This document shows, piece by piece, positions 10,988 through 26,040 of a stretch of 64,000 bases of DNA (the stretch's first letter is position 1; each line of letters starts with the position of its first letter). The notes beneath the pieces are model-generated. The model saw only the letters and a program-made list of their open reading frames with translations. It did no database searches and was not told the DNA's origin. Made by a program: the position numbers and the translations under genes. Source of the stretch: Oikopleura dioica (taxonomy: Eukaryota > Animalia > Chordata); contig OU015568.1 in NCBI GenBank assembly GCA_907165135.1, forward strand, positions 7,068,001 to 7,132,000, written 5' to 3'.

Positions 10988-11770
10988 ATGGACAGTGACA
11001 AAACATCCTCCGACAACGAAGAATCCGCCCTTATTCAAGGTACAGAGGCGAATTTTCACGACACTTTGACGCCAGTTTTTGTAAATTTTTATTCAGAGAA
11101 TTCAGCTTTAATAAATAACTCAGTAGCAAAATTAGTGAATTAGACAAAATGATACAATCATTGAACAGAATTGAGCACCTGCTTTCTTTGAGTTTTTTTA
11201 GTCTTTTGAATTGATGAATAATTTTGAATTTTATCAGGTGTCGAAGACGGCGAGTTCACAACTTATATTTCGACCCGGGACGTGATCACAGTGCCAACGT
11301 CGGTGTACAGCGTGACTCCGCTGACAACAGCTGATGTTCCGTTGGATCACGCCGCCGTCGCGGGCGACCAGGGCCAGGAAATGACCGTCAAGCACGAGCT
11401 CAACCCCCAAGGAAGCGGCTTGAAATTCATTCTTTCCTGGAAGAAAACATGGATTGTATTTTAATTCTTGAGTATGTTAGTTGTCATTTTCTAACTCTCT
11501 AGTTGTCAGAAAGGGTTTCACAGTCGTTCGTAGAATATGTCAGCAATGTGTATGTTAAAGATGAGCGCGATTACGACGATTTAGAGGAAAAATGTCAAGC
11601 AGCCATTCCGGTAAGATCCTTTTCAAGCTCCTCTCCCTCTTTCTATTTTCTCTTTTTTCAGATAAAAATTCTTTACACGATGCCTTCGACCAGCAGTTCT
11701 CTCAATGCTCTTCGCGAGCCATCGCCTTCCAGTCATCACGTGATCGAGACTGTTCCCATCGACAATGAAG
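10988..11770 (+). CDS. Four coding exons (10988-11039, 11238-11411, 11510-11610, 11662-11770), probably a long N-terminus of Pitx
   Basis: Open spliced frame MDSDKTSS...IETVPIDNE, using one GA-AG intron (11412-11509). It ends at a phase-1 GT donor that is in frame with the Pitx acceptor at 14930. Confidence 0.55.
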
Positions 11771-14700
11771 GTATATTAAAATTTTCGAATTTTTTGTCTT
11801 TTTTTCTCAATTTTTTTACTTCTGGGCAAGGCAGTATGAAGGAAAGGGGGGCACTTATAACCTCGTAGGGTCTTAGCTGAAACCATGTGAAGGATTGTCG
11901 GGATATCCACCTTAAAGCCATCATTATAACGCTCGCAAGTCGCAACTCGAGTGAATTAGCGTCTTTGCCAAAATTTACTTTGAGATAAAACGAAGGTCCC
12001 TTCTTCAAACTAGCAATAGAAAGTACCCATTAGGCGTTAACAAAATGTCAAAACACATCTGGGTGACGGTGACAGCTTCTATCCCGCCATAATCCTCTGG
12101 CATATTGAGAAAGGCCAAGCTCCTCCTCGCCAACTGGGAAAAGACGGAAAAAACGATCGTAAAACTTTCGCTTTTTACAGATCTGCTAAGAGTACCTGTC
12201 GGCGGAGTAAGCGCACGGTTCAAGAGCAAGATTTTTTTAACAGATTTGCCGGTCAGAAGTTGATCCCCTCCCCCCAGCAGCTTTGTTTCGTGTTATTCTG
12301 AATTGAATCCGCCCAGAATGGAATGTAAAAGAACCGAATTCAAGTTCAAGGAAGCTTTTTAATTTGAGAAAAATGCTCGTAATTACATGCATATCAAATT
12401 TACACTTGAAAAATTGGATATCAGACTTGATCCTGAAATCCCAAAATGGCCAAGTCGAAGCTCAAATGACTCTACTTTTCTCTCGATACTCTACTCCTCG
12501 GTCAAGTTGGTGGTATCCACCAAAGTGCTAGGAGATTAACTGCAAGACGCGAAAAATAGGAACAATAATCGGAGCTACTTATTGTTGAGCTTGTCTGTTG
12601 GTAGGGAACACGCCTTCTGAGCCGGTTTTAAGCCAGAAAGAGATTTACTACTTTTGTTGGCTGGGGGTATTTAGGAAGAAAATTATCGATTCTGAAATTA
12701 TTTTTTTCTATTTTGAGCTGAGGGCTTTGCGCCCTAGATTTTTTGCCTGGCAAAATTATTTTTTTCACAAATCGGTAAATTTTACGTTTGAGTGAGTGCT
12801 AAAATTAGACACGTTCGGGGGCGCACCAAAAAATAAAAAAAACTGGCGCTTTTTGAAAAAGCAAGTTTAGATTGGGGATTACTCCAAAGCCCCCCGGATT
12901 TTTACCCTCATTGTCGCGGCTGGTAGAGTCAATAGCAAAGGAGAACCAGCCTGTTCCTCTCTTGGTGCTCTTTCACGTAATTCATTTGCCAGAAAGTAGA
13001 AAAAAAAACCGGGCAATGCTTCTTTTTCCAGCGATTAAATTCAGGATTTTACGAAATGTATGAATCTCTCGGAATCGAAAAAGAACTTTTTCTCCAAGCT
13101 GAATCGGATTAATAATGATTCAGGCGAAAAACTGACCTTCCGGAAAAACTCTTGAGAATCCTCGTTGTTTTCAATATTCATTCCGTAAAAATTTGAGTTC
13201 ATCGGAAGCCCCTTAATCTTATATAACAAAACGTATTTATGATAAAAGCGTTCTTTGACGCCAGAAAGTTTTAGTAGCTAAGAAAAGTGTCTATTCTTTT
13301 GGTAAATCAGAAAATCTGCTCTGAAATCCGTCGGATTCGCTTCCTATTCTTTTTTGAAACCTGGTAATGCCCTTTCATGAAAGTTAAATTGAATGGCAGA
13401 CTAAAGACGTATGACTTTTGATATAAATACTTAATGAGCGTTTCCTTTATCCTGTTTATCCTGAAGGAATAATCTATACGCAAAGTAGCCTGAACTAGGA
13501 AGATAGTAAAAGAGGAGGAGGACCTGCTGGGCCGTATGTGGAGCGGAGTCCCGCTGGGAGGTCAACACAATAGTTAGGATTACCAGTGAAAGACATGAAA
13601 ACGCACTTTTGATCTTTTTTCGATTTTCCGAATCCGAAAAAACAACGCTACTGATTCACTCTTTTTTCGTTTCTGATGATTTGTGGCTTATCCTTTGGCC
13701 AAACTTACTCCTCTCCTGATTGACTCGTGAGTGGGGTCAAAAAAGGTACCTTCAAAGAAAAAGAAGAAGGGTGAAAATCAAAACTGGCAGGGATCTAGTT
13801 GTTTGGCAGTAAACGGCGAAATAATTAAGACGGGGATCAGTCCGGGATCAAATTTGATGCGTTGATATCGGCCAGGATTCTGCTAAATCTGAAGGATCTA
13901 TTTCAAGCCCGCAAACTATTATTTCAACACCCCTCTGATTTATGGTAAGGCTGACAATGGTGAACAGTTAATCCAGATGTCTCCGGTGCACCGTGGCCTT
14001 GAGACTTTAACTCATCGAATCCGTCCTCAGCCAAAGAAATCGGTCCTTTTACCATTTATAAGCCTCATTTTTGCCGATAAAATGATGATTTCTCTGAGAA
14101 AAGAGTCTTGCAGAAGAGACTTTTTTTCCCTGTGAAAATGACTCTTTTGTCTCTTTTCGCTAAAACGCGAATTACCAATTTTGGGAAGAGAAAAGAAGTA
14201 GAACTCTGACATTGTCAACTTCTTCTGACAATGGTAGTGAGGCACACTTACTCGAATTGTTCAAGTAATTACACCACTTGTTCCAAGCTTTGCAATAATT
14301 GAGATATTTTATGGGCTTAATTAGGTTTCATAATGGGTCAGTCCTTCTCCGCTTCCTCGGGGCGTTCTGAAGGTCATAAATTCAGCGATCATTTGGAGAA
14401 GGGGATAGCTCCCGTGGAACACTGTGATTAGGCCTGGTATTTAGCCCCGGGCGTGTGGCGTGTCTTCGGTGGGAGAGAAATTAATTTAGGAAACCTCGAA
14501 TTAATTCGATTTGCACACGATTTTTATATCCCCTTCGATAGTAATTGAATTCGCAGGTGCACCCAAGGATCATCCACAGATAACTACAGTGCAAGTGCAG
14601 TGCCTAGCAGGAGACGCCTTCCGGTGAGCATTGTAACCCGCCACGATCCTTTGAAGCCGCCGAGAAGGGCGGCCAGTGGCGCTTGCTTGAAATGCACAAA

Positions 14701-14930
14701 AAATGGCGACAGCGCCGCCACCAAAGTGGGCGCGCTGGAGCCACGGTCTCGGCGCTAAAGAATCTTTATTAGAATCACTCAGGCCAATTGTCGACCTCCT
14801 GAAATAGAGGATCGCAGATAAAAATCCCTCAAATCCAACTTTATCCAAGCTACAAGCAACAACTTAACTCGCCACTGTTAGAGCACAAAACAGAAACTTC
14901 CAAAAAGAGAGCCCAATTTCCCCGCATCAG

Positions 14931-17035
<2,105 letters not shown>

Positions 17036-17524
17036 AACTCACGAACGAAATTTCATCCGAGAACATTATCAGAATAGCGAATAAGCAGTGATTCCCATTT
17101 TTTGTTTATTATTATTCCTCCGTTATCTTTTTTCATGAAGAAAGACTGTTAAATCTGCTTTAAAAAATCCATCCGAAAAACCCGGGAAAATTGAAAAATA
17201 GCCACGACTTTACCTGCAACACTGACTCAAATCTCACACATCAAAACAGTCAAAAAAACAGTATTTATTTCGGTCTTTTCCAATCCTTTTACAACTTCTA
17301 CCCCGGCAGAAACTGCACAAAGAAAACAAACCTGCTCCTTCTTGTACATACCTTCAAAAGAACAATAAAATTAAAGCAAAAAATTAACAAAAAAAAAGTG
17401 AATCTTGTATTTTTTGCAAAGAAAAATTCCGTAATCCACGGGTTAACTTGTAGCAATAGTTGAGACATTATGGCTCCTGAGGATTAGAGACGGGCTTTGT
17501 TAAAAAATAAAATATTGATCAGCC

Positions 17525-17547
17525 CCTCTCTCTCTCTCTCTCTCTCT
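17525..17547. repeat. (CT)n microsatellite; another at about 23405-23423
   Basis: Visible CT dinucleotide run. Confidence 0.85.
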
Positions 17548-19033
17548 GCCTCGCTTCTCGGGCTTTGTAAAAGCGAGGGGAGACAGTGTTTCCTTAGCTA
17601 GGCTAGGTGGGAGTGGCCGAAGGAGCTAGCTATACTTCGCGATTAAACTAGAAGCCCTGGTAAAGATGGAAAAGTAAAATAGTTTAGCAAATTATTTATA
17701 ATAGACAATTTTACTTTTCCGTCGAAATAAAACTTCTTTACTCTATGAAAATATTTTCGAAATTTCTTCAAAGTATGATTTCCTATCTATAAATAAATTT
17801 TATTTATACGAAAGACTTTTGCTAAAGAGAAGGTACATGCTGTCTTCTGATAAGGGTTCTGAGTTGCGTAATGAAAGTACTGATAATTGAAAGATACGTG
17901 AACTGGCTAATACTTTAATCCCTTCAAGTTCCATATTAGTTTTTATAGAGACCGCGAGAGACACGCTCGAACTCACGTGATCACATCGTGAGGTAAAAGA
18001 GGACAGGGCGTAGGGTCAGATGGACACGCGTGAGATCAAAAACGGAAGGTGCCAGCAAGATGCGAGGCTGGAGCGAGACGATGATCGGGAAGGAGGACCA
18101 CAAGACTCTCGCCCCCGTTTGATAACATTTTTTTGAGAGTACTTTTACGAGAGCCCTTTGTGAACTAGAACGTTTCGTCGCTAGGAAGTCATTCATTTGA
18201 TTGACACCAAATCGATTTCGTAAAGGAAGAACTCGTTTTTTAGCAGAAAGGTGGTTTTTACGGCTTCAAGGCTTCTCACTTTTATAAAAATAAACAGTCT
18301 TTTTCATGACCAAAATCTGGGTGTAGATTCAAACAACTACTTTCCGGAAGCAATTTTCGCTAGTGTCTCAGCAAACACGCCGCTCCAAATCTTGACCCTT
18401 CTTTTTTTCTTTCTCAAGATTTAGCCAGCCAAACTTGCAAACAAGGAGTCCCGCATTATACAAAGATGGTGTGCTCGATTTACGAAGGCGCAGATAGAAT
18501 CAACACTTCCGGAAATTCGCATAATCCCGTGACGGATTAAACACTTTCCCGGGACAAATTTTTGTAAGCCGAGGAAAGTATAAATTAACACTCTTACGAG
18601 GGTACTATTTGGTGAAACTAATTCTATGTCACAATTGAAAATTGAAAAAGGCTCTTTTCAACGACTATGTTCCAGTAGTCTGGACGGCTGTTGTTCGTAC
18701 TGGCTTGCTTGTAGCCTTCATTACCAGGAGCGAGGTCATTTCATGATTGTTTTTGTCAATCGAGGAGCGAAGACCAGTCCCATAGTTCTTTATTAATTTC
18801 TCCGTAGGTCAGATAAGCCTTTATTAGTCTCCTAATTGTTACCAGGGGATTTTCGGCGAATCGGTGTCTAAAGCCATTTTCTTTCCACCAGACGATTTTT
18901 TCCTTTGATCGGCTCGTTCCTCGATTCCGTGGAACGTGCCTTCGCGAATCTTACTTTATCGATCATGATTTTTTGATTGCCAAATTAGTCTTTATATATT
19001 GATAAGGAGTTTCAAAGTAAAACACATTCAATA

Positions 19034-19267
19034 CGAGGCTCGAAAATCTGTGTACAAAACCTGAGTCAGGGTTATATTTCAGGTCGTTTCAACCCTGACT
19101 CAGGTTTTTCTTACCCTGACTCAGGTTTTTCTGACCCTGACTCAGGTTTTTCTGACCCTGACTCAGGTTTTTCTGACCCTGACTCAGGTTTTTCAAACCC
19201 TGACTCAGGTCTTTCCTGACTCAGGTCTTTCCTGACTCAGGTTTTCTACACAGATTCCCGAGCGCAG
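19034..19267. mobile_element. MITE family A derivative with a tandem expansion of the subterminal CCTGACTCAGG unit
   Basis: Degenerate TIRs; flanks ATTCAATA and ATTCACTA (7/8 TSD); 8 tandem units of 16-21 bp. Confidence 0.85.
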
Positions 19268-19862
19268 ATTCACTAATCAGTATTGTCTCCCAAAATCCAT
19301 GAAAACAGCTGTTAAAAAAATTCGCCCGAAATTCTAGCTGGCGTAAAATTCGCCTCAACCTCTAATTAATTTTCTTTCCACAAAGTAATTTCTTTTTTCT
19401 TGCTGCGGCGGCGTTTTCAAAGCGGCTCGCCTGGCACTTCTGCGTTTTGTTTTCATAAGAATATTGTTCAAAAGTTTGTCAAGGGTGAAAAGTAAACACA
19501 GTTTAACACGAAAGAGGACGGAGTACCCCGCCCTTCGAAATCGAAGCTGAGCCTAATTGCCAGCATCGTTATCGCTCCTCCAAAGGCAGATATATATTTC
19601 AAAGTCGGCTGCGCACAACGCTTTCAATTCAAACCTAGAAGGAGAAAAACAAGAGCGCACAAACAGATTTGCTCAAACCGCGCAAGGGCGTGAAGAACGG
19701 ATTTAACACATCAAAGCGTGTCGGATAGTGCTCGAACAAGCAAGAACCAAAATCCACGGTCAAAGCGAGCTCTAATTGAAAGGGAAGGAAGCCCCGACAA
19801 AGAAAAGGGATTTCGCCTTCTTAGAACTAACGCTTTCGTTGATTTCCAGTAACAATCCTTCC

Positions 19863-20222
19863 CTGGGCTCGGCAACCTGTGTAGAAAACCTGAGTCAGGG
19901 TCTGAAGGATCTTTTATACGTAGCGGCTTTTTAAAAATATAAGCCGCATAGCGGCTACGCTAGCATATTTAATTGGTTGAAATTCAAGGTCTTTCCGACC
20001 CTGACTCAGGTCTTTTCGTCCCTGACTCAGGTCTTTCCAACCTGTGTAGAAAACCTGAGTCAGGGTCTGAAGGATTTTTAATGCGTAGCGGCTTTTTAAA
20101 AATAAAAGCCGCATAGCGGCTACGCTAGCATATTTAATTGGTTGAAATGGTAACGTTTGCGAAGCCGCTTTGCGGCTTCGTTTTTAGAAAAAGCCGCCAC
20201 GCGGCTTTTCATTGAAGCCTTT
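19863..20222. mobile_element. Rearranged MITE family A copy (left arm duplicated, right end missing)
   Basis: CTGGGCTCGGCAACCTGTGTAGAAAACCTGAGTCAGGGTCTGAAGG at 19863 is repeated from AACCTGTG at 20039, with two right-arm CCTGACTCAGG units between them. Confidence 0.85.
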
Positions 20223-20933
20223 TCAATAAATTATGACGTTCTGATTTGTCCTTTCCTATTTCTTTAAATAACCGATCTAAAAAAAACTTAACTTTATTGA
20301 GATAATCTCATCTTTGATGTCTGCTGCCCACTTCATTCTTTCCTCAACGTCATTACCGATTTAACAAGGCAGATATGAAACTTTATTTATGCCTGGCTTT
20401 TCAAAGGTCTCCTGACTTAAATTTACTAGAGCTGTCACTCTTCGAAGCAATAAACGTGCTGAAAGTCGTCTTTTCTCCAAAAACGCGAAAAAATCAATCG
20501 AAATGCCAGCAGCTTTGGACATAAGTAGCAAAGCTCCTTTGACTTTTCTCTGAAGCGTCGAACACATATATTTTGTTTTTCTCGCTGCAGATGTCGGGGC
20601 TGCTTCCGTCTGTCATCCTTTAACTTACGACTTCCTTTTCTTCTTATTCAATCATTCGAATTCCGATGATTGAAGCAATCGAAAGCAATTTGGAGTTCTG
20701 CGGGGTCGCAGTGTCTAACAAGAAGCGTGTATGCAGACCGACGGGCATGAGATCTCAGATAGCCCGATACTGCTGTTGTCTGACTAAACGAAAAAAGAGC
20801 CAAACCGGAGCGTATCAATCCGAAAAACAAGTGTAAATTGCAATGATCCCGCTTTCCTATGAACTCGAAACAGAAGCAGTTGAGCAAATAACTCTTCTAG
20901 TTTTAGTACTGCTTTGACTTTCCGTCAATTTGC

Positions 20934-21169
20934 CGGCAACCTGTGTAAAAAAACTGAGTCAGGGTCTAGAAGAGCATAAATCAAAAGCCGCGTAGCGGCT
21001 TCTTAAAAACGAAGCCGCGAAGCGGCTTCGCAAATATTACCATTTCAAGTTATGATAACATTCTTGCGAAGCCGCTTTGCGGCTTCGTTCACAAAAGCCG
21101 CTCCGCGGCTTTAGATTTAAGCTTTTTCAGACCCTGATACCGGTTTTCTACACAGTTTTCGGAGCCCAG
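20934..21169. mobile_element. MITE family A copy, left end eroded
   Basis: CGGCAACCTGTGTAAAAAAACTGAGTCAGGGTCT...AGACCCTGATACCGGTTTTCTACACAG...GGAGCCCAG with four internal AAGCCGC/GCGGCTT hairpins. Confidence 0.85.
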
Positions 21170-24100
21170 ACTGTAATAACTTTATGATTATTTTCCTTTA
21201 TGATCGATTCTTTCTACGATCGTTGAAATAGCCATTCAGTCAATTAGGAAGAATTAAGGTTGAAAGAAATAATGCTCGTCGAAAATCATTTTCCGGCCAA
21301 AGAAAATTTTTGGATCCTGTTCCTTTTGAAAAGTGTGCTAATATGGAGATTACGAGATCAATTACGAACCAAACAAGTTACGGTCTGGCTGGTTGTATAT
21401 CCCGTGGGTCGGTACCCAAACGAGGCGAAATGATCGATTCGAGGCTCAGAAAACACAAACTGGAAGAACGCGCGCCGACGGCGGCAAAATCAAAGGCAGG
21501 CCCAATTCATTAAATTTGGAATGAGCCGGTGGAGGAGAAAAGGATGAAACGCGACGCTCTGCAGGTACTACAAATCAGGTGGCGAAAAACTTCCGTTTGA
21601 GTTTGTTAATTCCACCTCGGTGGGAGTCAAAAGACAACGACGATTTTCAATTTTCAATTTTGGATTTTGATTTTGGAATTTTTGATTAGCGCGAATTTTG
21701 ATGCGCAAGTTATCCTCCAAGTTTTTCCAAAAGCTCAGTTTTGGCAAACATTGCGCTGTTTTGATGTTTGCGCATGTCTTGTATCACTCAGAGTCGATCA
21801 CTCGAGTTCCCAGCGTTTTCTTCATCCAGCTCAAAAGCTCTGAATTCGTAATAACTAACTATCAGTGGACATATCTGTCGTGGGCACACAGAAGAAAACG
21901 CAGAACTTGGGCACATGCACAAACAACAAATAAAGATCGTTCTTCCTGACGGCGAACAAGACAGGTGCCAAAGTTGAGGCGCAGATTCTGGCGTGCCCAA
22001 GCCGAGGCAAAAAGCAATCCCCGTGCTAGTTGTATCGTAACTAGCCAAACAAAATCGCGAGTTGCGCGATCCCACGAGCAGCGAAAAGTTTTTCAGCTCT
22101 CGATAAGACTGTTGACAGTACCCAAACACGGCGCAATGTAATAGTGACAGTTGAACATGATGGGGCGTTGTGCCCCCGGGCGCGTGTGTACCACAACAAC
22201 GCAGATGGCCGAGAAAGTACCAAGGTCAGCAGTTAACCGTCTTGAGCTGTTAATGTTTCCATCTGGGCTGTTAATGATATTATGCGATTTCATTTTTACG
22301 AGTTCAAACATATTTCATTTTCGTATAAAACTTCGTATCATTGTCCGGCAGACAATCTACTAGTAGCATCCCTTCTCCCTACTAGAGAAGAATTCTCACA
22401 AGAGGATTACTTTGGGCAGCGATTGGCTGCCTGGCTAATCCGCTAATTAATCTTTTTCCTCGCTGAGCGGCGCAAAAGAGAAGAAACGACCAACGGGCGT
22501 GAAATATGTTGCCACGGCCTCCTAACCACCTCTGCGAATAGACACCTGCTCTCGCTTCTAAAGTTTTTAACAATCTTCGTTGCTCCGACGTTCCGATGAC
22601 GTAAAGCACTTCCTGGATGGCTCTGGGTATTGAATGAACTAGAACTTAATTCTCCTCTTTGTTCCCACCCTGATTGCAGTAGTCTTTTCCTCATGAGATT
22701 CAAGAGACTCTCATAAAAGCGCTACAAAAGAGAGAGCCATTGTGAGCTTTGTTATCTTAGGGCTTATCGATGATTGAGGCAAGAAATAGCTGTCTCAGTT
22801 CTTTTTTTCAGAAGTTGCTTTACCAAGAGCTTCTCCAAGCTCGCGGCCCAAATGATTGACCTTGAAGTATTTAGCTAAGTTTGCCCGGATATGAAGCGAT
22901 GAAGAACTTTCCCACAGGGACAAAAAGCAAACCACTGATAAGGATGTTTTGAATGCAATTAGAAAGCCCCAGCGGAGAATTTACCGAGCAATTGTTGACA
23001 GACAAGCGATCGAAGATGCGAAATCCATTTGCGAAATTTTTAGAGGCGCAATTTTGTTGAGTCTGATGAGAGGTTGAATAGTACGTAACATAATCTTCCT
23101 ACTTAGCGTCCTGGCCTTGCTCAGGGGTGGCAGGGGCCCCAGCTAATACCAGGGTCACTCAGCTTTCGACGAAGGCTTCTAGTCAACTGATACTTTGCCG
23201 AAATACGCCGTGGCTTATCTGGATCAAGCCCAGCGAAATCGAAATCATCCGCGCCGGATTTGCGCGCAGTACCTGCTTCAGCCTAAGCACCACCGCCACA
23301 CCTAACCACCATAAAACAAATTCGGTCACAGCAAAGAACGAGAACGAGAAAGAAACTTTTTTTTTACCACACCCGCCGTTCGAATCGTGGAGGAAGGAGG
23401 CGACTCTCTCTCTCTCTCTCTCAATTGTCGCTCAACAACCACCGGTGAGGATTTAGCAGACCTGCCACTTGAGCCAGATTGAGTCGGGCAAAAGTGTCTT
23501 CAAAGCAACTTCGCAAGAATCTACAATTTCCGCGCTCCCCGATTCAATTCATTACGGCTTGAATTATGAACTGCGAAAATAATCCACTTGCTTGCTGGAA
23601 ACTCAAGAGTACACTCTACTTTGCCCAAGCGCTATTTCCAGATCCGGTAAGAAATAATCCCCACGATTAAGACGGGATTGGGTTCCTAATGCTTCCATCT
23701 GGCTTTGGCACACGCTCGGGATCTTCTTTCAACGAGGAAAACGAGGAATCGACGATTGTATTTTTATTGCGAAAAAAAAGATAGAGCCTTCTTTTTTCGA
23801 TTTTCGACAAAATGGGTGTCTCGAACAAGACGATGATAATCCTGTTTGTCGCAACTTCCCTTCATATATCACCGGATCTTGTCAATCTTCATAGAGAGGC
23901 TTAAAACGCTCTAAGATCCCGCGGAACTTGAAGGTCGCCTAGTTAGATGTGCGGACATGTTTACGAACAGTGTATAAATCAAACCTGTCCCAAGGAAGTT
24001 GGCCCATTTTTACTGCCAAAGAAGCCCGTTTTTCATTCCATACCAAGTTTCTTCTCTCGCCATTTCACAATTTTAAAATAGTGGTTTATGTTATTTACGC

Positions 24101-24239
24101 TTTTCGGAAAGAATCTGACACAATTTTAATCTTTATAAATCGTAAATTTCGTGTAAATGACAGGATTTTCCTATTACTTCCGGATAAAAAGCACTTTCGA
24201 AGAAATAAAATGTTCAACTTCAGTACTTTATTTCAAAGA

Positions 24240-24457
24240 AACCAAAAATTATATTATATAATATTAAATAATTATTAAATATAATAATATTAAATATTAA
24301 ACAATAATATTGAATATTATTAATATTATATATTAATATTATTAATTAATTTATTAAAATATTAAATATTATTTTATTATATTTCGATATTAAATAAACA
24401 TAATTTATAAAATATATTAGATATTATATTATATAAAAATATATAATATATATAAAA
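24240..24457. repeat. Almost pure A/T low-complexity tract
   Basis: About 220 bp of AATATT/TATTA-type units with only a few G or C. Confidence 0.85.
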
Positions 24458-24882
24458 TTGATTCCATCAATTTCGCGAGGCCAAGCTCTGTTCCACACGA
24501 TATTTTCGCCGTGTCATCGCAACCTTGTCCGTTGCTTCAAGTAGTCGCCTTCCATAATGCCCAGCAGCGAGCTCGCTGCAAATGCTGGGCAGCTTGTGTT
24601 ACCCGTGAGCAGCGAGCTCTGAGGAGATCTAAACAAGGCGCAGACGGCTTCGGATACATCACCGCTAAGTCGCCCAAATGCCGTTTTTAGATTTTAATTC
24701 GTCGCTCGACTCTAAAAGCTCAAGACTTTTAGCAGACTTGAAAAATTAATGCCCAAGAAGGCCGGCGTGAGCCCTGCAGACTCACCAGCCTAAAACCGAG
24801 ATCAGCAAACATAATGCTTAAGAATAATGCTCATAAGAAAGGTTCAACCTTCCTACCGTTTTTCTTCCTTCTCTGTTCATTA

Positions 24883-25111
24883 CTGGACTCGGCAACCTGT
24901 GTAGAAAGCCTGAGTCAGGGTCTGAATGAACTGAAATGAAAAGCCGCGCAGCGGCTTATTTTGAAGCGAAGCCGCGGAGCGGCTTCGATAATCTTACCTT
25001 TTCAATCAATCAAAAATTCCGGCTTCGTTTAAAAAAAAGCCGCTGCGCGGCTTTTCACTTCAGTTCTTTCAGACCCTGACTCAGGCTTTCTACACAGGTT
25101 GCCGAGCCCAG
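24883..25111. mobile_element. Intact MITE family A copy, 229 bp, about 45-bp TIR, 8-bp TSD
   Basis: Near-perfect TIRs CTGGACTCGGCAACCTGTGTAGAAAGCCTGAGTCAGGGTCTGAA and its reverse complement; perfect TSD GTTCATTA at 24875-24882 and 25112-25119. Confidence 0.93.
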
Positions 25112-26040
25112 GTTCATTAAGATTGAAAGGCTCTTTTATCAAATAACCAGGATTTAATCCGTGTCCTTGGTCTTTTTAAAGGCCTAGTTTTACGAGCAGT
25201 AAAAGATAACTTGTCCGGTTTCCGATTCCTGATTTTTTAATGAGGATGAGCGTTGTTGGTATAAAAGCCAAATATCCTGTTTATATCATTTGAAAATGTG
25301 CTCGATTTGGATTTCCGATGAGTCGGAAGGAAAATGAAGAAACGAGCTATAGAATGCTTTTGAATGTAGAACTCGGCGCTCGCCTGGTCCGCGCCAGGTG
25401 TAGAGGGTCCGCTACGACAACCAGCTGAGCTCTTGGCAACTTGCTGCTTCATGCGAAAACTCGTCTTGCTTAGCGCTGAACATGACGATTTTTGGCAGAT
25501 ATCTGTACACTTTTCTTGAGCCGCTTTGAGCCCCCTACTACTCACTATCTATATTTCTAGGTGAGTTGCTTTCTTTCTCCATTCTTTGGCGATGATCTCA
25601 ACAGAGCCAGTATGAGCTCGAGCCATATCCAGCGGGATCAGGCTAAGCGCACCAGTTGGTAGCTTATATCAGTGGCGCCCGGGTTAGACAAATCCGCAAT
25701 GATTTTTCTAAAGCCAGAGCGAATTTTCGCCCAATCTGGGTGGCTCAAAAAGTGACGGAAAAGTTTTATGTAGGATTTAGATGAGCTTTCTTTAAATACA
25801 CACGCTTCCAGTCTGAGCTTTTTTCATTCCAATTAAAAGCTCAAACGGGCTTCCTTTTATTATGATCGGCAAATTTACCATTCAAGAGGAGGACTGTGCA
25901 GTCTGCAGATAGAGGAGCTGTTTCATTAAGCCTGATTAGCTCGTGCAACGAGGGCGGGATTTAATTATAGATCAGGAGAGTGCAATTTTATTAAATTAAG
26001 TCCCGAGCAAAGAATATTCAATACAGTCTCTTCCAGGATT

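Noticed and set aside
18400-19000. GC-richer stretch resembling decayed coding sequence
   Set aside because: No sustained ORF, splice chain or recognisable RT or transposase motif.
23370-23395. GTTCGAATC T-loop-like motif
   Set aside because: No cloverleaf or A-box; no tRNA or rRNA gene was recognised anywhere in the window.
25237-25545. 102-aa minus-strand ORF with several Cys
   Set aside because: No domain pattern or convincing splice partners.
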